Sequence record: LC680885.1
Length of the DNA stretch: 64,000 bases
Direction: 5' to 3' (one strand)
A program made the translations under genes and the position numbers. Below are positions 18,678-30,800 of this stretch, in pieces. Position 1 is the first letter of the stretch. Each line of letters starts with the position of its first letter. A model generated the notes under the pieces. That model was not told the origin of the DNA, searched no databases, and saw only the letters and a program-made list of their open reading frames with translations.

Positions 18678-21665
18678 ATGGCTATAACACAGTATTTCTC
18701 TAACGAACAAGAGAAAATAGATTTCCTTAATAATGCTAAAATAGATACTGAAAGCGTTATTAAGATAGGAAGTACTTCATACGATGTCAAAGATAAATGG
18801 TTCAATATGGCAACTAAGTTCTTTGAAATTGATACAGAAAATACTCCTATAGATGAAAATGAAGATGAAGATTTAATTTCATTATTAAAAGCTGGATTAT
18901 TTGGTTATATTAATGAAATTAATTCACATGAAGTTAAAAACGCTATATATCACAGAAATGTATTATACGATGAATTATTCTTGAATACAGCTTCTATTCC
19001 TATGTCTATATACAATTTTGCTAAGTTGTATAATGTACCTATTCAAATGGCTAAACCTGCTAATTTTAAAGTAGATTTTGTTATTAGAAAAGATGATGTA
19101 TTAAAATTACCTTCTAAAGAGATTGTATCTACTCAAGAAATAGATAAAAAGAAATCATTAAAAACTTATGAGATAAAATTATCTAAGGATCAAGATTTTA
19201 CAATAGGTAGTTTTAAATATTGTTTACCGTATGATGTATCAATGGTATTAAAACAATATCCAATAACTAGAGATGGAAAAGATGCAATAGATTATAAAAT
19301 TACAGCTAGATATGATATAGATAACGATCTATTTAAATTTTCTTCTATTTTAGATAATAATGTCAAAGTAACTAAGAATATAATAAATGGTGTAGATTAT
19401 ATGTATTTCTCTCTAGATCTATACCAAATAGAAAGAATTTCTAAAGAATTTAATATAACTAGCAATGATATTGCTGAAAATATTTACTTCAATGTTGGTT
19501 ATGAAAATCAATTAGCTGGTTTTAATGTATTCTATGAATACTTAGGTACAAGAACACCTATGGAAACTTATTTTAATAATACTTTTACTCCAGATACAGA
19601 TAATCCTTTCTGTTATTATAATTTCAAAGATGATAATTCATTAGAAATTTCATTCTCAAACATGGCTAATTCTTTTAGACCTAAAGCTAATAGCAAAGTT
19701 ATTGTAGAAACTTTAACTACTAAAGGTGAGAAAGGCAACTTTAGTTATAATGATAATTTAAATGTAGCGTTAGATTCTAATAACACATTTGAAAAAGTAC
19801 CAATAACTATTCTTCCTAAAGGTAATTCAGTTGATGGTCAGAATAGACCGGATGTTTATACTGAAAAAAGAAGAATAATTAATAAAGCTATTACTAGAGA
19901 TAATATTATTACTGACTTTGATATTAAAAACTATTTTAATGATGTTAATGACAATAATAATATTAATAATTCTTTTATTAACTTCATTAAAAAACGTAAT
20001 GATCTTTATACACGTATGTATAATGCTTTCTTATTATTAAGAGATAGTGATAGTAAGGTAATGCCTACAAATACTGCTCCTTATATAGAACTTCCTAAAC
20101 AGTATTTTGAGGGAAATACTTCATTAGGTAATGAAGAAGATGGTTATGTAATACCTGAGAACAGTTTATTCAAATATGATCAAGATAGTAAAAAATACGT
20201 TCACATTGAAAAAGGTTTAGATGATGCTGATGAGAAAGAAAAATTTGAAAAAGATAAAGATTCTTTATATTATGTAAATCCTTATTTAATTAAAATTAAT
20301 AAATATCCTTTCTTATCTACTAACTATTATAAACTTCATGTAAATGAACTATTTACTACTGAATATAAATACATTAATGAATTAATACCTAATAATATTA
20401 CAACTACCGATTTATATGTAGAAAAATTAAATGACTTCAAAAATACTTTGGAATCAGATACATTTAAATTTAGTTTAGAAATTGGTATGGACAGTTCACT
20501 TCAAGAAATGAAAGACTTATTAAAAGTTAGAGCTGTATTATTATCTCAAGAAACTGGTGAAAGATACGGTTATTTTGAATTAAATCCGGAAGAAAGTATT
20601 GAATCTGAAAATAATATTATTGATGAGTCAGATTCAACTGTAGATAAATCTTCTTTATATTCAGGAATGATATCTACTAATAGATCTTTCCATAATGGTA
20701 AATTATCTATAACGGATTCACTTTATAATGATAAAGGTATAGTACAAGATAATGTATTTATAGATGAAAAATTTGTAGTCAAAGTAGGATTACTATATAA
20801 AGATGAAGATATGAGATATTTCAATGATCTTGATATATCTGATGAAATGAATTTCTTTAAAGATGAATTCCCTAGTCATAGAGATGATGAAGTTAGAGAT
20901 TATACATTGGCTTGTTCTATGGAAACTTTTGAAGGAGTATCTATATACAAAGACATGTCACATGTAATGAATAGTACAGTATCTATGACTGATGACAGTT
21001 GTAAAGTAGAATTAGTTCCTTTATTCTCATTAGGATACTTTATGAATAATTATGAAGAAGTTTATAGCGTATTAGAAGGATATAAAGAAATATTAGAAGA
21101 TGCTATACCTAGATTACAAAATAACACTAGTATAGATATGAAGCTTTATAATACTAAAGGACCTTCTAATAATTATTATCTAGATACTGAATTAGACGAT
21201 GATAATTTAAATAATAAATATATCTCTAGAACGGATATACTATTGGATTTAAATATCACTCTATATGCACCTATTAATGATTTCTTAGATGGAGAAATTA
21301 AACGTTATATTTCTGATTTTGTAGAAGCATGTAATGAAAAAGGTGTATTACCTATATCTAACTTAATTAGATTATTAGAACAAAACTTCGATATAATCAA
21401 GTATATAGTATTTAATGGTATTTCTGGTAAGTATGCTGAAAAAGTAGACAACCATTATCAAAAACTACTTAATACTAATATAAACTATATGGATCTAAGT
21501 AAACAAGAAATTATTGAATACGTTCCTGAATTTATTAATATCAAAAAATCTCTTAAAGATAATAAGGTTGAAGTGAGTAATGAAGATTCAGAGGATGGAA
21601 CAACGGTTATTGATTTAGGTTTATCTTACGATGATGTAGTTAATATAACTTATTCAATCTCATAA
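18678..21665 (+). CDS. Baseplate wedge protein (T4 gp6-like)
   Basis: 995 aa with LFLNTASIPMSIYNFAK, TTKGEKGN and AITRDNIITDFD segments; follows the tube-like gene. Confidence 0.6.
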   Translation: MAITQYFSNEQEKIDFLNNAKIDTESVIKIGSTSYDVKDKWFNMATKFFEIDTENTPIDENEDEDLISLLKAGLFGYINEINSHEVKNAIYHRNVLYDELFLNTASIPMSIYNFAKLYNVPIQMAKPANFKVDFVIRKDDVLKLPSKEIVSTQEIDKKKSLKTYEIKLSKDQDFTIGSFKYCLPYDVSMVLKQYPITRDGKDAIDYKITARYDIDNDLFKFSSILDNNVKVTKNIINGVDYMYFSLDLYQIERISKEFNITSNDIAENIYFNVGYENQLAGFNVFYEYLGTRTPMETYFNNTFTPDTDNPFCYYNFKDDNSLEISFSNMANSFRPKANSKVIVETLTTKGEKGNFSYNDNLNVALDSNNTFEKVPITILPKGNSVDGQNRPDVYTEKRRIINKAITRDNIITDFDIKNYFNDVNDNNNINNSFINFIKKRNDLYTRMYNAFLLLRDSDSKVMPTNTAPYIELPKQYFEGNTSLGNEEDGYVIPENSLFKYDQDSKKYVHIEKGLDDADEKEKFEKDKDSLYYVNPYLIKINKYPFLSTNYYKLHVNELFTTEYKYINELIPNNITTTDLYVEKLNDFKNTLESDTFKFSLEIGMDSSLQEMKDLLKVRAVLLSQETGERYGYFELNPEESIESENNIIDESDSTVDKSSLYSGMISTNRSFHNGKLSITDSLYNDKGIVQDNVFIDEKFVVKVGLLYKDEDMRYFNDLDISDEMNFFKDEFPSHRDDEVRDYTLACSMETFEGVSIYKDMSHVMNSTVSMTDDSCKVELVPLFSLGYFMNNYEEVYSVLEGYKEILEDAIPRLQNNTSIDMKLYNTKGPSNNYYLDTELDDDNLNNKYISRTDILLDLNITLYAPINDFLDGEIKRYISDFVEACNEKGVLPISNLIRLLEQNFDIIKYIVFNGISGKYAEKVDNHYQKLLNTNINYMDLSKQEIIEYVPEFINIKKSLKDNKVEVSNEDSEDGTTVIDLGLSYDDVVNITYSIS

Positions 21666-21703
21666 AAATAAAATTATAATATAAAGAAAGAGGTATAAAT
21701 ATA

Positions 21704-22684
21704 ATGGCTAAAACATTTATTTCTGATTACCGCAAAAAACAAGCTGGTTTAAATAGAAAAGCAGCTAATGCTTTAGAACAGAAAAAATACACTGATCAAA
21801 TTAATGAAGAATTAGAAGTTTCAAAAGAGAAAGATTTAATTGCAGGTAGAAATAATAAATTACGTGCAACTAACAAGAAAGCTATTGATAATGCTAAAAA
21901 TAAATCAGAAAGAGAATTAAAAGACTTAAATGCACAAACTATTATGACTACTTTATTCTCAGCATTAGTATTTAATACTTTCCCTAACAAAATTGCTGAC
22001 AAATCTAAATTACGTGAGAAAATTGTTTCTAAAAGTAGAATGTTCTTTAATGAAGCAATTAATGCAGAATTAGCTGACTATCAAGGTAGTGAAGTATTCT
22101 CTAACGCTAAATTTAATGCAGACGTGTACGCTAAAGATGCTCGTGGAGTTATTGATCCTAAAGACTCTATTAAAGGAGCTAAAGTAGTATACAAAAAAGG
22201 TAGAACTGAATTCGATTACCTAACAAATGTAGTCGCTAAGAAAATTGAATCAGCTGTAATTCGTGAATCTGAATTAGTTGATGTTCGTGAAAAATTAAAC
22301 GAAAGCTTAGCAGACACACATAAAAAGAACAATAAAACACTATTCCGTACTTTACATGAATCAGCTATTAATAATATTGTAAATGATGAAGCTTATCTTA
22401 ATGAAGAAATTTCAGCAGAAGAAGTTAACATGGATGCTTTAGTAGAAGCTACTTTAGATTATACTATTATGGAATTAATCCATACAGCTAAATTGAGCAC
22501 ATTCAATATGGGTGAAGTTCAAAAAGCTGTTAAGAATGGTACAATTAAAGTTAATACTAAACAAAATAGTAAAATAAAACCTGAAAATGGTTCTACTAAA
22601 CCTTCAGCTGATGGAGTTAAACCTAGAACTATTGAAAATGAAAATAAACCAAAATCAGGTTCTGTTAAGTTAAACGAAGAATAA
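21704..22684 (+). CDS. Probable virion protein
   Basis: Highly expressed codon bias, LNES/LNEE motifs, late operon. Confidence 0.45.
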   Translation: MAKTFISDYRKKQAGLNRKAANALEQKKYTDQINEELEVSKEKDLIAGRNNKLRATNKKAIDNAKNKSERELKDLNAQTIMTTLFSALVFNTFPNKIADKSKLREKIVSKSRMFFNEAINAELADYQGSEVFSNAKFNADVYAKDARGVIDPKDSIKGAKVVYKKGRTEFDYLTNVVAKKIESAVIRESELVDVREKLNESLADTHKKNNKTLFRTLHESAINNIVNDEAYLNEEISAEEVNMDALVEATLDYTIMELIHTAKLSTFNMGEVQKAVKNGTIKVNTKQNSKIKPENGSTKPSADGVKPRTIENENKPKSGSVKLNEE

Positions 22685-22698
22685 AAAAAAATAATATA

Positions 22699-22735
22699 AA
22701 TCCCCCTAATACTAAATTAATAGTATTAGGGGATT
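22699..22735. terminator. Bidirectional terminator
   Basis: AATCCCCCTAATACTA/TAGTATTAGGGGATT stem between convergent genes. Confidence 0.8.
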
Positions 22736-22739
22736 ATTT

Positions 22740-24494
22740 TTAAAAGTCATCAAATATTTGACCTGGTTCAAATGTTTTATCTTCTTGAGAAGGTGATTGA
22801 GCTAATGCACTTGACTTAAATTGATTAGCTATAGTTGACATTTTATTTTTAGCACGTTCAGAATCCATAGTATTTTCTAAATTAGAACCAATTGATTCTA
22901 CACCTTTAATTTCAGGCGTTCCTTCATCAACAGCAAGTTTAAATGAATTATCAAATGGTTGAGCGAAGTATTCAATTCTATCTTCACCCATTTTACCACG
23001 ACTAGCAATTAATTTAAATGATAAATGATCATCTTGAGATTCATCTCTACCATTTTCTCTATTTATAATCATACCATAGTCTAAGTTTTCTAATATCATT
23101 GCTGATTCTGCAATTTGACTTCTGTCTAATTGTTTAGCAATATCTGTTTTATTTTCAGATAAAGCTTTTTCTACATTTCTATATGCTTCTCTGTTTAATT
23201 GTGCCGCTGTTACTAATGGTATTTCTTTTTCTTTAGCAAATACCGTAAATTCGTTAGTGATTTCACCAAGTCTAATACGTAAATCTTCAATATGATCTGA
23301 AGCTCTAATACGTTTTAAATAGTCTTGTACCATCATAATCATTTGATATCCTTGATCTGCTAAATTCTCATATACTTCATACAAGTAGTCAGTTGATACT
23401 TCATTATTTTTCTTATATTCAACAACTAAACTAATTCCTGTTTTCTCATAAGTATATTTAATTAATTCATTTACACATTCTTGAGGTGTTTGATCTGACT
23501 CACTCATAGAATATCCAGTAATATATTCATACATACGATCTAATGATTCACTCATAGAGTTTTCCATAGTTAAATAATAAACTACTGGTTTTTTATTAGG
23601 ATCTAATGACTGTATATCACTTGCTTTATTAGCTAGTGTAACTGACATTAACATATTTAATAATGTACCTGATTTAAATGATTTTGGTGTCCCGAAGAAT
23701 GAATAAACACGACCATTCTCGAAACCTCCATTAATCATTTTATTCAACATCTTATAACCAGTTTTTAATTTATTAGATGGATTACGTAATTTTTCAATAG
23801 AATCTGCCATTACTTCTACAGCATTATCTACTTCTAAAAAGTTAATAAAGCTATTTTTAGCACTTCCCGCTCCATTAGAAGTTCTTTTAATAACTTTAGT
23901 AACATCTGATATTGGTTCTAAAACTTGTTTAAGTAAATCAGTTGGATTTAATCTATCCATAGTAATTTGATCATAAATATATTTAAATACATCTGCTTTT
24001 TGATAAAGTTCTAAAGTAGCAAATCTTTCTTTAATATACGTATTAATTTGATCAATTTCTCTATCTGACAATTGTTCTATTTCATTTTTATAATAATTAT
24101 CAATTGTTTTAAGAGTTTCATATAAATGACTTTCTGACATTTGATTTTTAAATTTATCGATTAAATGTTCAATTAATATTTCTGGTGATTCAATAGATTC
24201 TTCAATTCTTATCTTAACTAATTCTTTAAGAACTTTAATTGTATCTTTTTGATGTTGCTGCCCTTCATCATATACATACTCTTCATTAATGTTCTCTAAA
24301 AATTTATTTAACCTTTTTAAATTAGTTGCATTAATTAATCTATTTTCTGTAATAGTATATTTAACAATTTGTATTAATGTGTTATAAGGTATACTTATAT
24401 TAGCGTAATTTATAAGTTGATTATTTTCATTAATGTAAAAACTTTCGTTGTTTTTTCCTTTTGAATTGTCTAAAAATGCCATAATGTCAAACAC
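22740..24494 (-). CDS. dnaB: Replicative DnaB-like (SF4) DNA helicase
   Basis: FGTPKSFKSG Walker A variant, YLTMEN, VQDYLKRI Walker B, AAQLNR and IAESAMILENLD motifs. Confidence 0.85.
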   Translation of the reverse strand: MFDIMAFLDNSKGKNNESFYINENNQLINYANISIPYNTLIQIVKYTITENRLINATNLKRLNKFLENINEEYVYDEGQQHQKDTIKVLKELVKIRIEESIESPEILIEHLIDKFKNQMSESHLYETLKTIDNYYKNEIEQLSDREIDQINTYIKERFATLELYQKADVFKYIYDQITMDRLNPTDLLKQVLEPISDVTKVIKRTSNGAGSAKNSFINFLEVDNAVEVMADSIEKLRNPSNKLKTGYKMLNKMINGGFENGRVYSFFGTPKSFKSGTLLNMLMSVTLANKASDIQSLDPNKKPVVYYLTMENSMSESLDRMYEYITGYSMSESDQTPQECVNELIKYTYEKTGISLVVEYKKNNEVSTDYLYEVYENLADQGYQMIMMVQDYLKRIRASDHIEDLRIRLGEITNEFTVFAKEKEIPLVTAAQLNREAYRNVEKALSENKTDIAKQLDRSQIAESAMILENLDYGMIINRENGRDESQDDHLSFKLIASRGKMGEDRIEYFAQPFDNSFKLAVDEGTPEIKGVESIGSNLENTMDSERAKNKMSTIANQFKSSALAQSPSQEDKTFEPGQIFDDF

Positions 24495-24506
24495 TCTCCG
24501 TTACTA

Positions 24507-25658
24507 TTATTTTTCTTTTGTTAAGTTGATCAAGTCTTCAAAATCTGGATCAATAATATTTTTAACTTCTTTCAAATCTAATTCTTTATCATGTTTTATA
24601 GAATTAAATTTAACAATTGTTTCAGGTGTATCAAGTTCATCATCTAATATGAATTGATACTTTTCATCTACTTTTACTTCCTTGATATTTTTGTTGTTAA
24701 ATTGAACTTTGATATTTTTATCAGAACTTGAAATTTGCTTAATTATATCAACATCATCCTTAGAACTAGAAACAAATCTTACATAATCATTTTCTTGACG
24801 TAACTCATTGATTATTTCTAGTTTCTTTTGGTCTGTTAGCTCCTCATATTGATCCATATTTATAGTAACGTAAGTTGGTGCGTCTTCATTTTCAATTAAT
24901 TCTACATTGTAATTATCTGTATCAAGATCATTAGTTACGACTAAAAATCCTTTATCTTCAGTATCTTTAAATGAATATCTTGAATATGAACCAGTGTAAT
25001 ATACTTTATCTTTATATTCATGATAATCATGAATATGACCATATACAGAAACACCTTTAGTAACTCTCATTAATTCTTTTGCTTCTAATATTGGAGCTGA
25101 CTTAACAGGATTTTCTGAGTCATCTTCATCTGGTACAAATGTAACAAAATCAATCATTCCATGACCAAATATATTATCATACGTATTGTCTTCAACTGAA
25201 TATAGTAGCTCATTATAAAATTCTTTCTTATCATCTGGATATTCTTCAGGTATATATAGTACATTAACTTCTTTACCATTGTGCTTAATTAACTCTGATT
25301 CTAGTGAATTAATAATTTTAAAATTATCATATTCTAATTCGTTTTGGTTAAATACATCAAGTTGATTAAAATCATGTGTTTTAGTTCCTTTAATCAATCT
25401 GAGTAAGAAATTTTTATCTTTAGATAATTCAAACATTGTATCCATGAATTCTAGAACTTCTTTACCAGCAGGTTCATTAAATCTAATAACTCTATCAAAT
25501 AAATCACCTGAAATAACTACCATATCAATATCATCATTATCTTTTATATATTTTAAAAAGTATTTATCTAATTCTTCTGATAATTTCTTAGGATTCTTTT
25601 TACCATAGTGTATATCAGCTATTACAACTGTCTTAAATTCATTACTCATTTTCATCAT
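24507..25658 (-). CDS. sbcD: SbcD/Mre11-like metallophosphoesterase nuclease
   Basis: IADIHYG, SGDLFD, GTKTHD, FGHG and GHIH motifs. Confidence 0.85.
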   Translation of the reverse strand: MMKMSNEFKTVVIADIHYGKKNPKKLSEELDKYFLKYIKDNDDIDMVVISGDLFDRVIRFNEPAGKEVLEFMDTMFELSKDKNFLLRLIKGTKTHDFNQLDVFNQNELEYDNFKIINSLESELIKHNGKEVNVLYIPEEYPDDKKEFYNELLYSVEDNTYDNIFGHGMIDFVTFVPDEDDSENPVKSAPILEAKELMRVTKGVSVYGHIHDYHEYKDKVYYTGSYSRYSFKDTEDKGFLVVTNDLDTDNYNVELIENEDAPTYVTINMDQYEELTDQKKLEIINELRQENDYVRFVSSSKDDVDIIKQISSSDKNIKVQFNNKNIKEVKVDEKYQFILDDELDTPETIVKFNSIKHDKELDLKEVKNIIDPDFEDLINLTKEK

Positions 25659-26025
25659 CCTTTGCTAAAAAGTCTATCATCTTCATAAGTGTTTCTTTTA
25701 CATAGTCTAAACTTTTATAAGTTGCTTTATCGTCTTTCATCATTAAATTGTTGAAATATATTTCTGGAGACAAATCATCTATTAAGTGACAACAATCAAA
25801 ACCAATTATTCCATTATTATCATACGTAATTCCACCATGAGAATAATATTCAACATCTTTATCATAATTATCTCCAACTTCAATATAGCCATTTAAAAAT
25901 CCTAAATCATGTCTGACTATAAATGCTTTATAACCTTTATATTCAAATTCATACTTATTCTTTCTAACTCCAAGTATTTTATCTTCTTTTTCTATAATAT
26001 GTTTAAGTGTATCAGCATCAATCAT
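25642..26025 (-). CDS. Conserved phage hypothetical protein
   Basis: LNGYI...HGGITY...GFDCCH pattern. Confidence 0.65.
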   Translation of the reverse strand: MIDADTLKHIIEKEDKILGVRKNKYEFEYKGYKAFIVRHDLGFLNGYIEVGDNYDKDVEYYSHGGITYDNNGIIGFDCCHLIDDLSPEIYFNNLMMKDDKATYKSLDYVKETLMKMIDFLAKDDENE

Positions 26026-26030
26026 TTTGT

Positions 26031-26507
26031 TTATTCATCTCCATTATCTCGATTATCTATTTCCATTAATAGTTGCATTTTTCTATCAAATTCACCAGAT
26101 TCAATATTTTCTTTAATAGTTTCTTTTAATTTACTGTCAATATTTTCTCTATTAGTTTTAATGAATTCAAATACTGCTTTAGCTAATTCATCATCCATAC
26201 TAATTAAATTAGCTTCATTATTTTCATCAAAATCTAAGTAAGCAAAAGCTGTAGTTCCAAAACATGGTAACCCACCAAACATCATGAAATTAATATCTTC
26301 TGTTGTAAATCTGTCTTCTACTTTTCCAAAATAAGTAAATGAAACTACTGAATGCATTGGTGCTGGCATTACATCCATTGTTATATTCTCTACCGGTATA
26401 TCTAATTCTTCAGCCATAACTTCATACATATTTTCTTCTTCAAATTGGATTTTCTTTCTAGTATAATTATCCTCATTAGGTTTAATAAAAACAAAATTAA
26501 TTTCCAT
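26031..26507 (-). CDS. Hypothetical protein
   Basis: ORF preceded by the shared AGGAGATGAAATGGATAATG leader; likely start at 26507. Confidence 0.65.
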   Translation of the reverse strand: MEINFVFIKPNEDNYTRKKIQFEEENMYEVMAEELDIPVENITMDVMPAPMHSVVSFTYFGKVEDRFTTEDINFMMFGGLPCFGTTAFAYLDFDENNEANLISMDDELAKAVFEFIKTNRENIDSKLKETIKENIESGEFDRKMQLLMEIDNRDNGDE

Positions 26508-26810
26508 TATCCATTTCATCTCCTATAAATTAGTATTTTATTATATTTATATATTAATTCACATTTCAAAATTTCTTAACCAAAATTTTTTAAAATTCAC
26601 ACATAATAATATAATATTAGGGGTTAGGGGTTAAGAATTAAAAATATATAAATATCAATAATTACTTTAATATAATATATATTTAATATATAAATTCATT
26701 TTTAATAAATATATTTATTAAAAATAATATTAATAAAAAATTAATTAATAAATATTAATGAAATTTATACATGTATAAGAAAATAATGAAAACTAATAAA
26801 AAATGACTAT

Positions 26811-26822
26811 AACAATTAAATA
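26811..26822 (+). promoter_or_regulatory. AR9-type late promoter motif AACA-N6-TA
   Basis: AACA-attaaa-TA about 22 nt upstream of 26844. Confidence 0.45.
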
Positions 26823-26843
26823 TTAAAATAAAAGACAGAAAAG

Positions 26844-27752
26844 GTGAAAATATTGAAAACTTATGGTTTAAATGAATCAGAATTATATAGACAATTAAAC
26901 TTAGATGTAAATAGATTTACTAAGCAAATTAAATCAGAACATTTAATGGGTCAAGACCAATTAGCAGATACATTTAGTATTATTAAAAACCGTATAAACC
27001 AAGCTTCTAAAAACGAAGTAATAGATAAATTAGAGAATGGAGATATTCTTCTACTTAATTCAAAAGAAGTTAAATTACCTAACTTTATGCCAGTATTAAA
27101 CATTCAAGGCAATAAAGCTTTAGTAAATATCACTCCATATATCAAATCTAATATGAGTATTAATCCAAATACATTATTCGGTTTATCTCAAGCAGGATTA
27201 ATTAATATTAAAGTTAAGAAAGATGCTAATAAAATTAGAAACAATGCTAAATTATTAATTTATTCTAGTCAAATTTATTCTAAATTAACTACTAAAGTAA
27301 TGGATAAACTTTATGCAACTAATATTAATAAAAAAGATTCTGACTTAATTTCATACATGTTTGCAAAGTTCTTTTTAGTTAGTATTATTGGTAGAACTAA
27401 CGATGATTCAACAGAACAGATTGCATATAAATCATGTCACAATAGAACAGATTTTGAAGTTATTAAAGATATGGAAAGTAAATTTGATGGTCAATCTTCA
27501 ATGTTAAACCTATTCAGTTTATTCAAAGAATTTAAAAAACATCCTAACTTTAATAAATTTTCATCAAGATCATTCATTGAGAACTTTACTAAAATGTACG
27601 GAGAAACTTCAATATTAGCTATTGATCATTTACCTTCATTCTTTACTATGATCTTTTCAGCTTATGTAAATGCAGGAATTAATAAAGAATTTATCATTCT
27701 TAATGCAATTAATGATAAAATTATTATCAACTGTTATAGAAGTTTCTTTTAA
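26844..27752 (+). CDS. Hypothetical protein (late operon)
   Basis: 302-aa ORF heading the tail-protein operon. Confidence 0.65.
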   Translation: MKILKTYGLNESELYRQLNLDVNRFTKQIKSEHLMGQDQLADTFSIIKNRINQASKNEVIDKLENGDILLLNSKEVKLPNFMPVLNIQGNKALVNITPYIKSNMSINPNTLFGLSQAGLINIKVKKDANKIRNNAKLLIYSSQIYSKLTTKVMDKLYATNINKKDSDLISYMFAKFFLVSIIGRTNDDSTEQIAYKSCHNRTDFEVIKDMESKFDGQSSMLNLFSLFKEFKKHPNFNKFSSRSFIENFTKMYGETSILAIDHLPSFFTMIFSAYVNAGINKEFIILNAINDKIIINCYRSFF

Positions 27753-27828
27753 TTAATTAGAGTCAATCAACTTAATCAATAATAGTTGATTGACTCATAT
27801 TTATGAAAGAAAGGAGAACTGAAGTAAT

Positions 27829-30800
27829 TTGAGTATTAAATTAAATAATGAATTGTATTATAATCTCAGAGATAAAACTAGACTAAGTAAAGTAGAAAAT
27901 ACTCAAGAATTAGTCACTGGTAGTTTTTATACATTTTATAATGATTTACTTTTAGAGATTAGATACGATAATAAAATATATGTGTATACAGGATATTCAA
28001 CTCAAGGAGACCATGTATTAGAATTAAGTTTCCTTAAAGAAGAATTAGATAATGATACTATAGAAGATGTATTTATGTACGATAATATACTTGTAATAAT
28101 TAGTGAAAAAGGTTATTACAGATGTTTTATGGATCAATTAACAGAAAACATTAATAACACTTCAGCTGAGGTTATTTATAGTTATAATTTCTATAGATCA
28201 AGTGAAGAATTAAATTATAGACCTTATTCTTTATTAGATGATATGATCTGTATTAAAGAAGCTAATGATACTTTAGTAATTAGAAGTATTAAAACAGATG
28301 CTTACACTAAAACAATTGTATTTAATAAGAATATTGAAGGTTTTAGTTTCTTATATGAAAATGGTTTAGCTATCAGCTTTTATGGAGAACCTTATCATAT
28401 TCATGTGTATGACTTTAAAGAAGAAAAATACACTCAAAAATTTACTATTAATGAGAATATCAATCAATATGAATATGATATACAACATCAAATAACTAGA
28501 ATATTTAAATTTAAAAATTCTTTATATTATGCTACTCGTTCAGGTAGAATATATAGAAGTGATATTAAAGATAAATTAATAAGCTCAATGTCTTACAGAT
28601 TTTATCAATCAGGTTCATCGATTGATTATATTAAATCTTATGGTAATTATATAACTTTCTCTAATAGAAGTAATAATATACTAATTTATAACACTGATTA
28701 TGATAGAAAAGAAATTCTTAAAAATGATTATCTAGTTAAATCATTAGCTATAAGTAATTTTATTATGGTAGTTTCTTTATATGATAGTATTGATGAAGAT
28801 TATAAGAAACGTATTATAGAAAGTGGAGTTATTCCTGAAGATATTAACTTAAACCCAGTTCATAAATATGTAATGTATAATCCTCCTAGTATAGAGGTTT
28901 TAAAAGAGAAATTAGAATATAGATTTGATAAACCTGAAGATCCATTGGTATATATTAATCTTAATATTAAATTAGCTGAAAATAAATTAAATAATTTCGA
29001 TAGAAGTCAATATCGTGTTAAATTAAATATTAGTCATTCAGATAATTCCAATGTAGTTGAAGAATCTGACGTTAAAATATATAAACAACAAGGTACAGTT
29101 AAAAACATGTACATTAAAATTGGTAGGAAATCTCAATGGGTTGATAATAATAAATTACTTTCTTTATTAGAAAATGGAGAATTATTATACAGATTCACTA
29201 TAGATAATATGGATAACTATGTAACTTTCTATAATATTAATTATCCTAATATAGGAAGCGATTTTTATAGACATTTAACTGACACTGAAGTATTTCCTGA
29301 TAGATCTCCTGAGAAGAGTCACTATGATGCTTTATCAGAAGAATTAAATATTAAGGATATATTTAACGGTGCTGAAGATGAAAAAGTTATTTCATTATTA
29401 TCTAATTTAGTAAATGAGAAAGTTATATATCCTTCATCTAATCTACGTATTGATTCCGAAGATATGTATTTGGATTATCCAGATTATGATCCAAGAAGAT
29501 ATATTGATTTAAGTAACGAATATCCTAACGGTCAATTAGATACTAATGTAATTAATTCAGATGTCTATTTTGATGGCCTTAAAATATTTAAAAATGATAT
29601 TCTTCAGAAAGATAATTTTGATGGATCAGTTAATGTATATCTAAATCATTTAGCTATGAAAAAATACATGAATGATAAGAATTATGAATATACTATTCAT
29701 GATAGAAAATTATCTAAACACGATAATTTCATTATATCAAATAAATCTAGAAGCTTGTATCAAACTGAAAAATTAATGGTTAAACATACAGTCACTAATG
29801 ATTATGAAAACCAAACATCATTACTGCCAACTAAAGGTATTTTATTACCTAATACTAGAGTTAATCAATTTAAGATTCAAAATATTAGAGTATATGTTAA
29901 AGTATACAATACTAGTGAAAATGGTAATGAATATTATCATAGATTAAATCCAAGAAACTTTAATCTTTGGATTGATAAGGAATATAATATGCTTAGAGTT
30001 GCTGTTTATGGTATACAAATTCCCGAAGGTTCTACATTAATGATTATGGATAATGGTTTAACTAATAATGTTATTCTATATGATAAACTTAATTACATTA
30101 AACGTGATATTGATAGTTTACCTATAGTTGAAGTTGGACCTAATGGAGAATTATTAACTGAATTAAGTAGAAGAACTGAAGATGTTGAAGTTATTGTAGA
30201 TGGATTAACTTTAATACCTGGTAGAGATTTCCATGTAATGAACACTCCTAATGATCCAGATATTCCTTCTTTAGTTGCTTTCAGAAATGTTATTCCTAAT
30301 ACAGCTAAAGTAGAAATTACATTACTAAATGAAAATTCATCTGACGTATATTACTTTAAACGTCCTGCAGTTGATACAACTAATGTATTTGTACTACCAG
30401 ATGATAAGAGAATATTTACTAATAATATCTATCAAAATGACCCATATAAAGATATTAACTTATTAAAAGATTCTGATGAAGATGTTATAACTAAGGAAAA
30501 TGTAGTTAAAGAATACGAATTGCTTGAACCATTAGAAAAAAATGTAGATTATACATTAACTATGAGAGGTCAATTACCTATTGATATTGATCATCTTAAT
30601 ATAACTTCTAATGGAACTACTAAATCTATTGCCGAAATTCAATCAAATTCTTATGATGAAGATACTAAAACTTATCAAGTTAAATTTAAACTAGAAGACT
30701 TAGGTGACGGTTATAATACCGGTTTAGTCATTAGAAAAACTCAAGAAAGTACTAGAGATGTTAAAATTGATTGGATTAAATTGAAGAAAGAATCTCATTC

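Noticed and set aside
26617-26635. TTAGGGG-TTAGGGG-TTAAG telomere-like or G-quadruplex repeat
   Set aside because: Only two G-tracts; too few for a quadruplex or a meaningful tandem repeat.
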